64,000 nt of DNA from Selaginella moellendorffii (GCF_000143415.4 NW_003314288.1:534939-598938), one strand, 5' to 3'. Numbered from the stretch's first letter, positions 50,440 to 63,336 are shown. Made by a program: numbers and translations. Notes: generated by a model not told the origin, from the letters alone.

Positions 50440-52830
50440 AACTAGCAATAAGTTCTAGCATGGCTAGTCTTTTTTTGATCAATTCTTCTTAGTTGATTTT
50501 GTATTGTATTGCCATTCGTAGTGATGAAACGATGTACTTGAGTGGTGTCAAAGCTTCAAGGCTGTAGGTGAGCTTAAATGGTGTCGAATTTGTTGAAACC
50601 TTATATGCAATTCAATATGCCTATAGAGTGATCGTCCCTGTCTTTCTGATTTATTTTCATGATTTTCATGAGGATGTTTTTGAGTGTCTTGTTTGTAGAC
50701 TCTGCTTGACCATTGCCTTGAGGGTAGTATGGTGTTGAAACCTTGTGCTTGATAGTGAATTCTTGAGTTAAAATCTTGATGGTTTCATTGATGAAGTGTG
50801 TTCTTTGATTAGTGACGAGTTCTCAAGGTAAGCCATATCTTGTGATGATGTTTTCGTAGATGATCTTTGTTGTGTTCTTTGTTATAGTAGTCTTTATTGG
50901 TTGAGCTTCAGCCCATTTTATCATATAGTCTATTGTAATTAGAATGTACTAGTTTTGCTTGGAGCTTGTTATAAGTGGACCAACAAAGTTGAGTCCCCAT
51001 TATTGAAAAGGTTTGAGTGGAGTTTCTAGATGAAGTTCTTGAGTTTATTTCTTTAGTGCATACTTGGTTCATTGTAGATGTTGCATTTTTGACAGAACTT
51101 GGCTTAATTGTGCCAAAGTGTTGGCCACCAAAGTCTTGCTTGTAAAATTTTTTGAGTTATGAATTCTTTAGCAAAATGTCCTCCTACTTGTCCACAATAG
51201 GCTTTTTCAAGTAGATCTTGTGTTTCTTCCATCTTTATAAAATGTTATCTCTTCCTTATTTGTGCAATTTTCTTCCCACGATTGAATATGGTTTTGTCCT
51301 CAAGACAAATTGCTTGCTCTTGTCGGAGGTTGAATATCAACTTGTATTGTTGCTATTGTGAGGTAGTAGTAGATGTTGTCCATCTAGGTTGGTGATGTGT
51401 GGATTCAAAGGATATTGGAGTCAGGAAAGTCATCCATGTTGTGTTTCAATTGTTCATTGGTTGTAATGCGGCTTAGGTGTTCATGTTCTCTTCCAGGCTT
51501 GTAAATGATCTTGAAGTTGTATTTTTGAAGTAGTAAGAACTATCGTGCAATTTTGCCGGTGAGGATTGTTTTGTTGAGAAGGTGGAGGAAGTTATCGAGT
51601 AGGTAGTATCAAAACTTTTGGAGTGTGTAGATCATTGCTGGAGCTTCTTTTTCAGTTGTAGTGTAGTTCATTTCAGCTGAGTTGAGTCTTCAACTTGCAT
51701 AGTAGAGTTGTCGGTCTTTATGATCTTTTTGTTGTTGCAAAAGGATCACTCTGAGGGCATAGTTGGAGGTGTTGACTTGGATGTTGAAGTCTTTGTTCTA
51801 GTTTGGTTGAGCAAGTTTTGGAGCTTGGGTGAGGGAATTCTTGGCATTTTGACAATCTTGGGTCCAGTTGTAAGCTTGATATTTCTTGAGGAGTTTGGTG
51901 ATAGGTTTTGCAATCTTGGTGTAGTCTTTGATGAATCTTCGATAGTATCCCATCTTACTGAGGAATGATCAAAGGCTTGAAATGTTGAATGGATGTTGTA
52001 TGTTGGTGATTGTGAGGGTCTTGTCCTTGTTGATGAGGATTCCTTCTTTGGAAATTAATGTTCGAGTGGAATTCCTGATTTGATAAAGAAAATACACTTG
52101 TCAAGGTTCAATGTGATATTGTGTTCATGGCATTTGATGAAGCATTTCTCTAAGCATTGGAGATGATCTTCTTTGTTGCTGAAGACATTAAAGTCATCCA
52201 TAAATACTCGCATAAATTTGGTGAGGTATTTTCGAAAAGTGTCAATGATGATCTATTGAAACATGAATGGTGCATTGGAGAGACTGAAAGGCATGTGAAG
52301 GTAGGCATATGCTCCCTATGGATTGATGAAAGCTGTCTTGTGTTGATCTTCAGATGCAATGTGTACTTGATTGTGTCTATTGAAGCCATTGAGAAAGGAG
52401 TACATCTCATATCCTACAATTGCATCAAGAATTTCATTAGAGAATGGAATTGAAAAGGTGTCCTTTTGAGTTGTATCGTTGAGCTTTTTATAGTTGACAC
52501 AAATACTAAGCTTGTTTTTCTTCTTGGGGACAATGATTAGTGGTGATAGCCATTTTGGATTTTGAATTGGGAAGATGAATCCAACATTTTCGAGTTTGTT
52601 AAGCTCTTATTTGACTTTGGTTTGTATGTTGGGATTCATTCGGTAGGTTAATTGCTTTGTTGGTACCACTTTTGATTGAAGTTCAATCCGATGTGTGTAA
52701 AGTTCAGATGGAATTCCTTGTAAGTCAGTCTAGGACTAGGTGAAAACATCTTGATAAGTTTCAAGTAGTTGGGTTGCTTTTGCTTTAAAATCTTCATCAA
52801 GCTCTTGGGCAATGTGAAGTTTTTTTGGTT
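50440..52830 (-). pseudogene. Family C Ty3 pol (RT-RH-INT), degenerate
   Basis: Reverse-complement paralog of 25024-26038 plus 39054-39490; related to 260-2990. Confidence 0.85.
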
Positions 52831-53020
52831 CTGCTGCCATGTTTTAATTCTCGGGCCATGCTGTGAGATCAGATCTTCTTTGCAGGCACGCCAAAGCCTT
52901 ACCAAAGAATCTTCTTGAATATTTCCGGAATAAATTTTAAAATGACCCCAACACTTTAGATTTGGTCAGGGTTTTTGAAAATTACTTAAGAATCCTCTAA
53001 ATTCACCTTTTTTTTTGTGC

Positions 53021-56000
53021 TGTGAGGGCCAAGTGTATAGCTACGATGCTGTATACTAATATTAACGTAGTGAGATTTTGGTAGCCATCGGATTGGTTTC
53101 AATCTGGGCCACTCACTCCTGTATATAAGCTAGGGTTTTTGGGCTAATTGATATGCACATTTTCTGTATTCCCTTTCTATATTCCAAACACTCACATTGG
53201 TGGAGGTGAGGGGCACCTTTGATTGTCCCTGGGGAGTGTTTGGATTTAGGATTTCAGTTTAGATCTAACTTCTGCATTGTCTAGATCTAACTTTTTTTAT
53301 TTCCTTTCTTTTGTTCTTTCCTTTCAGGATTTTGGTTTAGATCTAGTGTTTTGCATTGTCTAAATCTACCATTTCCTTCTAGCTTTTTGTCCTTTCTCTT
53401 CTTTTGCTCTTTCTTTTTCATTTGTCTCCATGGCAGATCAACAATCTCCTTCTAAATATGTCGGAGCGGGTCAAGCCAAGAATGTTGTGGCTAGCACTTC
53501 GTCAAGATCTTGTCAGACTTGTGCATGCACTTGCTCCTGCCACCCTTGATGATGCTCTTCGCTTGGCATAACGTTATAATACATCGCCTCTTCCACTTCT
53601 CGCTACACGTCCTTCAACTCCACTTCCTATGAGTGATAGTCCTGTTCCAATAGAGATTGATGCTGCTGCTACTCGAGTCCAAGGACAAGGGCGAGGACGT
53701 GGTTGTGGCTGTGATGTTCATTGCTGGGCATGTGATGAAGTTGGTCATACTTATCAGAGTTGTTGGCGCTTTCCGGATTGGCGACCTCCATTTCCTCGGT
53801 GGAGACCTTGGTGTCAGCAATGTCCCATTGGTGCTATTGCGGTGGAAGATTTGGACACCGAGGTGCATCCGGGAAACGAGGTGTCACTTGAGTAATGGAG
53901 GGACCTTGCGCGAATAAGTTAATGACCCTTCTATCTTTCTTTCGGGAGTATCATCAAGGGGTTCACTCGGCACTGGTTTATCCAGTGTTTACTTTCCAAG
54001 CTCATTTTTATAACAAGAGGTCTCATATTATTCTCTCTGTGTTGGTTGATACAGGTTCGAGTTTATCTTCTATTGCTCGACTTATTGCCACACGTTGTCG
54101 TCTACACTTGCGTCGTGCGGTAGATCCAGTTTTCATTCTTTATGGCAACGGCCGCACATATGCATGTGCACGAGATGAGGCAGACCTTGTTGTGTGTGTG
54201 GGCGATCTCAAGGTTGAGTTGCAGTCGTTGCGGGTGGTGCCGAGTCAAGCTTTTGACCTCATTCTTGGTATGGATTGGTTGCAGCACAATCATGCCAAGT
54301 ATGACTTTGAGGCTTCTCCCCCTTGTCTCATACTTCCTTATGTTTCATCCATTCCTCTCACTTCCGTACCTCTTCATCCCTCTACTTCTACCTCTGCTTC
54401 CATTACTTTCCCCCACTATTTCCTCCTATGTTTCTATCTTGTTCTGCTTTTCCCTTTTCTAATCCCTCCAATGATCTTTGTGTTGCAGCTGTTGACCGGC
54501 TCATGAAGGAGTATTCTGATATCTTTGAATTTAACTTATCATTTGGGGCCAAGATTGCCACACATCATCTGATTCCAACCGGGGATGCTCGTCCAATCAA
54601 GGTTCCTGTTTGTCGTCGGTCACCCAAGGAGATCAAGGTTTTACGTGCAAACATCAAGGAGATGTTGGAGAAGAGTGTTATTTCGAAGTCGTGGAGTCCT
54701 TGGGCATGTGAACTTGATCTTGTGACAAAGCTTAATGGGAGTATTCATTTCTGCATCGACTATCGTCCATTAAATGAAGTGACGATCCCGGATGTGTACC
54801 CTCTTCCTCACACTATTGATCTCTTGGATCGTCTAGGGTGAAGTCGTTGGTTCACCAAGCTCGATCTTGCTTCTGGGTACTGGCAAGTACCGATGGCCGA
54901 AGAAGATATTCCTAAAACTGCTTTTTGTACACCGTTTGGTTTGTATGAGTTCTTGGTGATGCCATTTGGTTTGAACAATGCTCCAGCAATTTTCCAATAG
55001 ATGATGGATAAGGTTCTTTGTGATATGCCAGAGGTGACTACTGACTTCATTGATGATGTCTTGATTCATTCAGAGGGGACGTGGGAGGAGCACATTCGTG
55101 ATATGTGTAAAGTGTTGGATCGGCTACGGGACGTTGGTTTAAAGCTGAAGCGGTCAAAGTGCGTGTTTGGGTCCAAGGACACAATTTATCTTGGGTACTG
55201 TATTTCTCGTGAAGGTTTGCAAGTTGATCCTAACAAACTTGTAGCTGTTCTAAAGTTCCCTACTTCGAAGTGTGTGAATGATGTGTAGCGCTTCCTAGGC
55301 AAGGTGCAGTATCTCGGTTGTTTTGTGGATCATCTTTTTGATCGCACTGCACCATTGCAAGCATTGCTAAAGTCATCAATGTCATCTTTCATTTGGTCTT
55401 CAGCTTGTGAGTAGGCGTTTGTGGATTTCAAAGAGCCCTCCAGTTTTGGCATATCCTGATTACACTCGACCTTTTATTTTGCGCATAGATGCTTATGATA
55501 TTAGTCTTGGAGGTGTGTTGATGCAAGAAAGCCCAAGTGTGCCTAGTCAGCGTCATCCCATTGCATATATAAACCATACGTTACAACCAGCAGAGGTGAA
55601 CTACTCCACGACAGAGAAGGAGTGTTTAGCGGCAGTTTAGGGTTTCAAGAAACTTCATGCATATCTACATGGTTCTTGGACGTTACTTGAAGGTGACCAT
55701 GCTGCCATTACTTCATTATTGAAGCGGAAAAACCTGTAATTTTGATGTTGTTCATTGCCTAGGGAGTTCTATGGCTAATGCTGATGCCCTTTCTCGAGCT
55801 CCTCTTCCTTCTCCACTATCTTCTCATGTTTCTGATGAGCCTATTGTTCCAGCATCTTTGGATTTTCTAAACGAGGATTCTATGCCATCGGCGGTTGCTA
55901 TACTTGACGTTCAGTGTTCACAAGGTGCAAAGCAATATCTACTTTTTCTTGATAAGGTTCGCGAGGCTCAAAAGATTGAGCCGTGGATTCAAAGGCTTCA

Positions 56001-57507
56001 AGGTGCATTTGAGAATCCTACATCACTTACTGATGACTTGCCTTTTCAGCATTTACATTCTCAATATCGCCTTGAAGATGGCCTTCTTTATTTTGTGAGG
56101 ACGAATCCTAATGATCATTTACGGCTGGTGGTGCCTTCTATCTTTATTCCGCGGTTTCTCCATGCCTATTATGATTCTCTTATTTTAGGTGGGCATATAG
56201 GACATCGTTGTGTGACCGAGAAGCTGCACAGGTCTTTCTATTGGCCGGAGATGCGACGTGATATTATCCGGTATGTGTGTAGCTACGTTTGGTGCCAAGC
56301 TCGTAATACTCCCCTTTGTGCTGTAGAAGGACGGTTGGAGTTAATTGCAATTTCCTGTCCCTTTGAGTTGGTGGCGTTTGATCTTATTGGACCTTTTCCA
56401 TAGTCGATTGCGGGCAATGAATATGTTATTATTGTTTTTGACTACTTGACTCGTTGGGTGGAAGTTGGTGCTCTTGCTAGCACCTCGGCAACTACTGTTA
56501 GATACTTCCTCCTCAATCGAGTGGTGTTTCAGCATTCTTGTCCAGAGCGAATTTTTTCGGATAATAGTCCTGCATTTATGGCTGAGGCATTTCATGTTTT
56601 GACATCTTGTTTGGGGATATGCCACAGTTTCACGAGTGCTTATTATCCACAATCAGATGGTCTAGTGGAACAGCTCATTCGGACATTCAAAAGGATGATT
56701 GCGAAGTATGTGAACTTTCAGCATTCGGATTGGGATGGTTATTTGCCGTCTCTTCGGTATGCCTATGTCACAGGGGTGCAGAGTTATATTGATGCTTCAC
56801 CATATAAACTTCTATATAGTCATGATCCAATATTACCAACAGAGTTGGGTTTACCTTCATGATTGCCACAAGCTCCCGATTCTACGTTGTGGGATCAATA
56901 TTTGACGAGCATTCTTCCACTTGTCCGAGTAGAGTCTGCCGAACACTTAGGCCACGTACAAGTGGGACAACAACGGCACTACAACTCCCATCATCGTTCA
57001 CTTGCGGAATACAAAGTCGATGATTTGGTGTTAGTTTGTTTTCCCGATTTTATGGTACGTTATCTAAGGGGCTCCTTGCACAGTGGAAAGGACCATATCG
57101 GGTGTTGCAGCAAGTTGGACCACAAGTTTATGAGGTTCAGCATGACGTCTAGCAAGCCAATCCTTCGGAGATTGTGCATGTGCAGCAGTTGAAACGCTTC
57201 ATACAAAGGGATCAGGAGTAGTTAATACCATCTACAGATCCACCAATGCCTCCTCTTGATGTTCCTCCAAATCTTGGCCCATCTACAAGAGAACCCTGAT
57301 GGCCTTCCATTATTCCGAGAGGAGGGGATGATGTGAGGGCCAAGTGTACGGCTACAATGCCATATACTAATATTAACGTAGTGGGATTTTGGTAGCTGTC
57401 GGATTGGTTTCAATCCAAACCACTCGCTCCTGTATATAAGCTAGGGTTTTTGAGCTAATTAATATGCACATTTTCTATATTCCCTTTCCATATTCCAAGC
57501 ACTCACA
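53021..57507 (+). mobile_element. Family D Ty3/gypsy element with 176-bp LTRs and a 4-bp TSD; coding region degenerate
   Basis: LTRs 53021-53196 and 57332-57507 (TGTGAG..CTCACA); PBS TGGTGGAGGTGAGGGG; PPT GAGAGGAGGGGATGA; TSD GTGC; CWACDEVGHTYQSC, LVDTGSS, FIDDVLI, YSTTEKEC, SDNSPAF, SAYYPQSDG; empty site at about 41070. Confidence 0.92.
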
Positions 57508-58081
57508 GTGCGAATAATTAAAAAATACTGGTAAGTACATTACTTTAGCTTAAGTTATTATGCAAATAGGGAAAACGTAAACTTTAAACTTTAATTTTCG
57601 GGTAACTCTTGGTCCAGAGCTAAACTTTTATAAACATATCTAAACATGCTCATTTAATTAACCACCAATGAACGGCCAAGATATCTTTACCAGCACTCCC
57701 CCACTAATTTTCTTTCGAAAATAAAAAACTAAAAGCAAAGATGATATTATCAAACACTATTTTTTCAATGTTTGTTTTTTTTTCTTATTTTCTACTATTA
57801 ATTAACTTACAACTCAATCACACAATACTTGGAGCTGGAAGAATTGAATCCAACTTAATTTCAGCAAACTGATGAGGATGGACAATTTTTATTTTTATTT
57901 CTTTTGCACTTCTTAATTTACATTTTTTAATTTTTTTCTACTCTTCTTATATGCACTTCTTCGGTGTATTTGGCCCATTATATTTAGCTGAAACACATGT
58001 ACATGTACACTAGTACACTACGTACTAAACCTATGATACACACTTGTTGCTAATTCTCAACGATTTGTGCATCTGCTGGTT

Positions 58082-58106
58082 CACACACACACACACACAC
58101 ACACAC
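58082..58106 (+). repeat. (CA)n microsatellite, length-variable among the three paralogous blocks
   Basis: CACACA run; shorter (GT)n runs at about 40477 and 46710. Confidence 0.9.
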
Positions 58107-58691
58107 TGTGTAGGGCTAGCTCCATCCATAAGAGAGCATTGAGGTTGGGCACCAGAGGCTGGAAGAAGTCGTCACAGGAGAGAGCAAGCAGGTCACCACT
58201 CATGACAAGCTCAAAAAATCTGGAAGGAAGACATCGCTGATGAACTGGTGAGTACGTCGCAAGAAACAAATGCTGTCATCACCAGCTTCCACACGTCTTC
58301 AACGTGCTCTAGGAGCACAAACCCAAAGTTGGTCATGCCACAAGCCGCCATCGCCTTGCTCCCGGAACATGAGGCAGTACTTGCTATCAGCAAAGAGTTT
58401 GGGTACCGGCAAGTCTTCATACTAAGGCTTATTATCTGAATCTGGGCACACCTGTTGGCAGGTTTAGTCAGCATTCCCCGATTCTGCTACCAAAAAGAAA
58501 TTTAAATTTAAGACTACGTGTCATCCTCCTTTTGCATAGTTTTAACTTTTAAATGTTAATTTTTTCTCCGTGAAGTTCAGGTTCGCAGCGGCACTTTGAC
58601 GAGGCATGCTCACTCAGCGGCCCATGTTTCTGCTTGACTCACGGAGGGTTTAAAACCAGGGATAACTGCAAGAAAGAGCACTGACATGTTT

Positions 58692-61600
58692 TCAAAAGTA
58701 GTTGTCACAGGAACATCTGCCATCATGGAACACATGAACCCGACTGGCATCTTTGCAGATGATTAGCCTTTTTTCCAGCTTAGAGATGAGAGCAGTGGCC
58801 GCATGGCAATCGTCACAAACTCGGAGATTTTTCACAATTTTGATGGTTTCCTTCTGGTGCGTGTTCACCAGAGCACACCCCAGCGCAAGCTTCTCACTGT
58901 GGCCGCACAGGTGATCCTCTTTCTCTTTCTTGGGTATGTCTTTTAGAACGTTGATCACATCGCTTGCGTACCCCTCCTCTTTCATTCTCAGCAACAATTG
59001 CTTGAGCTTGGCCGCAATCTCGTCGCTCTGTGAGTGACTCCTATCCCCAACAGAAAAAGAATGCACTTTTCCTGAGCTAACATCCGTCCACCAGCTTCTC
59101 CCAGGCTCCCTGAAGCTGCCTTCACCTCTCATTCTCTCCACAACAGCGGCCCTTTCACTGAGCATCCCCAGGTTTCCAAATATATTGGCCATCAATGCGT
59201 AGGGCGTGCCGCTCTTGGGATCCATCTCCACAAGACGCTCAAACGCGAGTTTGCCGATCGTGTAATTCTTCCACTTCCGGCAGGCTCCGAGCAGGGACGT
59301 CCAAACCACTGCATCCGGTTCAAAAGGCATGGCTCTGAGAACTCTCACAGCTTCGTCGAGGAGGTTAGCTCGCCCGAGCATATCAATCAGGCACACATAA
59401 TGCTCCAGACGTGGCTTGACTCCATACTGCTTGGGCATTTCATCCAGAAGCTGCCTTCCTTTCCCGACCAGACCACCATGGCTGCAAGCGTTCAACACCG
59501 AGACAAAACTCACATCGTCAGCTTTACAGCCCTCCTCCTGAGTCATGGAATAGAAACGCTCCAAGGCCTCGATCGATCGGCCCTGGAGAGTGTAAGCCTG
59601 TATGAGAGAGTTCCAGAGACCCGTGTCATCCCGAGCTCGGCACTCGTCAAACGCTTCCTGAGCAGAATCAACATCGCCGCATTTGCCGTAGAAGCTCACC
59701 AGGCTGGAGCCCAGAACTGGATTGTTTTTCAGCAGCCCTTCATGCTTCGCCAGCTGGTGAATCTCCCTCCCGAGCTTGATCGCCATCACACTCCCGCAAG
59801 CAACAAGGACGCAGGTGTAGGTGCAAGCATTAGCTTGAATGGTGGTACAAGCTCTCAGGGCAGAGTAGTACTCCAGAGCAAGTTCAGCTTGCCCGTTCGA
59901 GCCGCAGCCCTGGATGATCGCGTTGTAGGACACAACACTCCGGGTTCCCATGGAGTCGAAAATCTTGCGAGCCTCCTCAAGCTCGCCACACTTGCAGTAC
60001 ATGTCTACCAGGCAATTTGCCACGAACAGATCTACCTGTTTCTTCTCCTTGCTCAGCATTGAATGGATCTCCATCCCGAAGCGTAGAGCTCTCTCCCTCT
60101 TCTCGCTGGATTCGGTAGCAAGTGTGGAGCAGGCGCTGATCACCGCGACATGTGTCCGATCGTTAGGTTGAATGGTGGTACAAGCTCTCAGCGCAGAGTA
60201 GTACTCCAGAGCAAGTTCAGCTTGCCCGTTCGAGCCGCAGCCCTGGATGATCGCGTTGTAGGACACAACACTCCGGGTTCCCATGGAGTCGAAAATCTTG
60301 CGAGCCTCCTCAAGCTCGCCACACTTGCAGTACATGTCTACCAGGCAATTCGCCACGAACAGATCTAGCTGTTTCTTCTTGCTCAGCATTGAATGGATCT
60401 CCATCCCGATGCATAGAGCTCTCTCCCTCTTCCCGCTGGATTCGGTAGCAAGTGTGGAGCAGGCGCTGATCACTGCGACATGTGTCCGATCGTCAGGTTG
60501 AATGGTGTTATCAGCTCTCAGGGCAGAGTAGTACTCCAGAGCAAGTTCAGCTTGCCCGTTCGAGCCGCAGCCCTGGATGATCGCGTTGTAGGACACAACA
60601 CTCTGAGTTCCCATGGAGTGGAAAATCTTGCGAGCCTCCTCAAGCTCACCACACTTGCAGTACATGTCTACCAGGCAATTCGCCACAAACAGATCTAGCT
60701 GTTTCTTCTCCTTGCTCAGCATTGAATGGATCTCCATCCCGATGCGTAGAGCTCTCTCCCTCTTCTCACTGGATTCGGTAGCAAGTGTGGAGCAGGCGCT
60801 GATCACCGCGACATGAGTCCGATTGTTGGGTTGAATGGTGGTACAAGCTCTCAGGGCATAGTAGTACTCCAGAGCAAGTTCAGCTCGTCCGTTCGTGTTG
60901 CAGCCCTGGATGATCGCGGTGTAGGACACAACACTCCGAGTTCCCATGGAGTGGAAAATCTTGCGAGCCTCCTCAAGCTCGCCACACTTGCAGTACATGT
61001 CTACCAGGCAAGTCGCCACGAACAGATCTACCTGTTTCTTCTCCTTGCTCAGCATTGAATGGATCTCCATCCCGATGCGTAGAGCGCTCTCCCTCTTCTC
61101 GCTGGATTCGGTAGCAAGTCTGGAGCAGGCGCTGATCACCGCAACATGTGTCCGATCGTTGGGTTGAATGGTGGTACAAGCTCTCAGGGCAGAGTAGTAC
61201 TCCAGAGCAAGTTCAGCTTGCCCGTTCGAGCCACAGCCCTGGATGATCGCGTTGTAGGACACAACACTCCGAGTTCTCATGGAGTCGAAAATCTTGCGAG
61301 CCTCTTCAAGCTCGCCACACTTGCAGTACATGTCTACCAGGCAAGTCGCCACGAACAGATCTAGCTGTTTCTTCTCCTTGCTCAGCATTGAATGGATCTC
61401 CATCCCGATGCGTAGAGCTCTCTCCCTCTTCTCGCTGGATTCGGTAGCAAGTCTGGAGCAGGCGCTGATCACCGCGACATGAGTCCGATAGTTGGGTTGA
61501 ATGGTGGTACAAGCTCTCAGGGCATAGTAGTACTCCAGAGCAAGTTCAGCTTGCCCGTTCGAGCCGCAGCCCTGGATGATCGCGTTGTAGGACACAACAC

Positions 61601-62048
61601 TCCGGGTTCCCATGGAGTCGAAAATCTTGCGAGCCTCCTCAAGCTCGCCACACTTGCAGTACATATCGATCAATCCCGTCAACAAGTAGATGTTGCTTTT
61701 GTGCTCATCACTCTTGAGCACAGCTTCATGGGCTTGTTTTCCCAAAGGAAGGGATCTGCTCTCAGCTGAGTCTCTCACGCGGTGTATCAGCCTCCCTAAA
61801 CTCACCGGTTCATCACCAGCTACAGGTGGGGTATGTGGAGATTTGTAGCGGGCCGTGGTGGCCTTACCTACAGCTGGGTCAGCGAGCGACTCGAGTTTTG
61901 CAGAGACCCAGGTTGGTGTTTTCCTGTTGGCGATCCACAGGCTCTCTCCGGTAGAAATATGTTTGAAATCCGGGTAGGACTCTGAGAAGAACTTGTTTTT
62001 CTTCTTGAACCTGTTGTCCCACCAGAAAGTGGGATCCTTGAACTCCAT
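58692..62048 (-). CDS. Second PDF-PLS-E-DYW (WW-type) PPR protein; start uncertain (first in-frame ATG at 62048)
   Basis: Open frame 58692-62078; FWWDNR..YPDFKHISTGESLW; 6 S-P pairs; intact HSE and CDDC; the ATG at 62101 orthologous to gene 1 is out of frame by a 2-nt TG expansion. Confidence 0.88.
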   Translation of the reverse strand: MEFKDPTFWWDNRFKKKNKFFSESYPDFKHISTGESLWIANRKTPTWVSAKLESLADPAVGKATTARYKSPHTPPVAGDEPVSLGRLIHRVRDSAESRSLPLGKQAHEAVLKSDEHKSNIYLLTGLIDMYCKCGELEEARKIFDSMGTRSVVSYNAIIQGCGSNGQAELALEYYYALRACTTIQPNYRTHVAVISACSRLATESSEKRERALRIGMEIHSMLSKEKKQLDLFVATCLVDMYCKCGELEEARKIFDSMRTRSVVSYNAIIQGCGSNGQAELALEYYSALRACTTIQPNDRTHVAVISACSRLATESSEKRESALRIGMEIHSMLSKEKKQVDLFVATCLVDMYCKCGELEEARKIFHSMGTRSVVSYTAIIQGCNTNGRAELALEYYYALRACTTIQPNNRTHVAVISACSTLATESSEKRERALRIGMEIHSMLSKEKKQLDLFVANCLVDMYCKCGELEEARKIFHSMGTQSVVSYNAIIQGCGSNGQAELALEYYSALRADNTIQPDDRTHVAVISACSTLATESSGKRERALCIGMEIHSMLSKKKQLDLFVANCLVDMYCKCGELEEARKIFDSMGTRSVVSYNAIIQGCGSNGQAELALEYYSALRACTTIQPNDRTHVAVISACSTLATESSEKRERALRFGMEIHSMLSKEKKQVDLFVANCLVDMYCKCGELEEARKIFDSMGTRSVVSYNAIIQGCGSNGQAELALEYYSALRACTTIQANACTYTCVLVACGSVMAIKLGREIHQLAKHEGLLKNNPVLGSSLVSFYGKCGDVDSAQEAFDECRARDDTGLWNSLIQAYTLQGRSIEALERFYSMTQEEGCKADDVSFVSVLNACSHGGLVGKGRQLLDEMPKQYGVKPRLEHYVCLIDMLGRANLLDEAVRVLRAMPFEPDAVVWTSLLGACRKWKNYTIGKLAFERLVEMDPKSGTPYALMANIFGNLGMLSERAAVVERMRGEGSFREPGRSWWTDVSSGKVHSFSVGDRSHSQSDEIAAKLKQLLLRMKEEGYASDVINVLKDIPKKEKEDHLCGHSEKLALGCALVNTHQKETIKIVKNLRVCDDCHAATALISKLEKRLIICKDASRVHVFHDGRCSCDNYF
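59830..61690 (-). repeat. Tandem 333-bp S-P-L units (6 S-P pairs, 5 long L motifs; one unit is 330 bp)
   Basis: Repeated DMYCKCGELEEARKIF units; one unit lacks a codon (SKKKQL). Confidence 0.95.
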
Positions 62049-63336
62049 GAGATTGTTGAGAAATGACACACACACCACACAAACCCTAGCGCCGCACGCA
62101 TACCCTAGAAATCCCGATTTGTTATTACTTAACTGTAGTAGTAAAAAGCTCGTGTTTTCTTGTTTTTTCTTTTTCCAATTCTTTTCCTTTTTAAACTTTA
62201 CAATGTCACAGCTTAACTGCAGCAGCTTAGATGTTTATTGTTAAAAAAAAATCTCTTTGATATATATAGAAAGTGAGCCAGAAGCAATCAGTTGCTCAAG
62301 AGCTGAAGAATCAGTACATGCATAATTTTCAGACAATCTTCTAACTGGCTGAACATCAGGTTTTTATGATTATTATTATTATTACTAACAACACGCGATT
62401 TGTTATTCTCTGCATTCATTTTTTATATGATCTGCTGCTGCATGCACTTAACTGTAGGTAGTCTTCAGTTCTTCAATATAATCTGCTAACTAAAAGATAT
62501 CGATACACTCAATATGCAAAAATAAACCTCACTCTACACAAATTAAATCAGGGCACCAGTTTCATGCAGAACACTTTCGTAAATGACTCTCGCCCCGGAC
62601 CCATGTGGTGGTAAAACCTCACAAGGCCTCACTTACTTATATTCACCCTGGGCTTCTGGCTGCTCTGCAACATACCTTACCACACCAAACTCTTCACACA
62701 TGAAGCCACGCACAGAGGGAAAGACCGCACGAGGCCTCATGTGCTTACATTCAGTCCTTATATGTGTTCTTGGCCTTGCTCAGTTCATCTCCTTTGCTGT
62801 CCACCTGCACTTCTTTACTTCATGTTTTTGCTTGCATGCTTCGATTGACATCTTCAGATTTTCAAGCATACGATTGTGGCATACCGTGGCTACGTTTTTC
62901 GGCAGAGCTTGGAGGTGCTGAAAGCAGCATTTAGTTCGTGGAGGATTGATCTTGATTTGGATTGTATGGATCTCTATAAATTTTGAAACTTGAGTTTATT
63001 TTCTTCTTTTTCTTCTATGTTGCCAAAATAACTGGTGTCAAACTTGCTTTTGCAGACTATCTCTAGTACTTCTGGATGCGATCAAGGCCTGCTGCTCATT
63101 GCTTCAAAGGAGGAGATGATAATTGATCCCCAAAGAGCGAGCTTGATGGTTTTGTTGCTTTCATCAAGTTATCATTCTGCTGCGATCTAAAACACCACAT
63201 CATCCACTATACTTTCACAGGTTTTGAGACAGGTACCCGGGAAAGGTGTATTCTATTGTTGTTCCTCAGGACCTAGACTTGTTTTGCCGCCTCAAGTGTG
63301 AGCTGATCAAGATGAGGGAGAAGCTTGCAATGGTGG

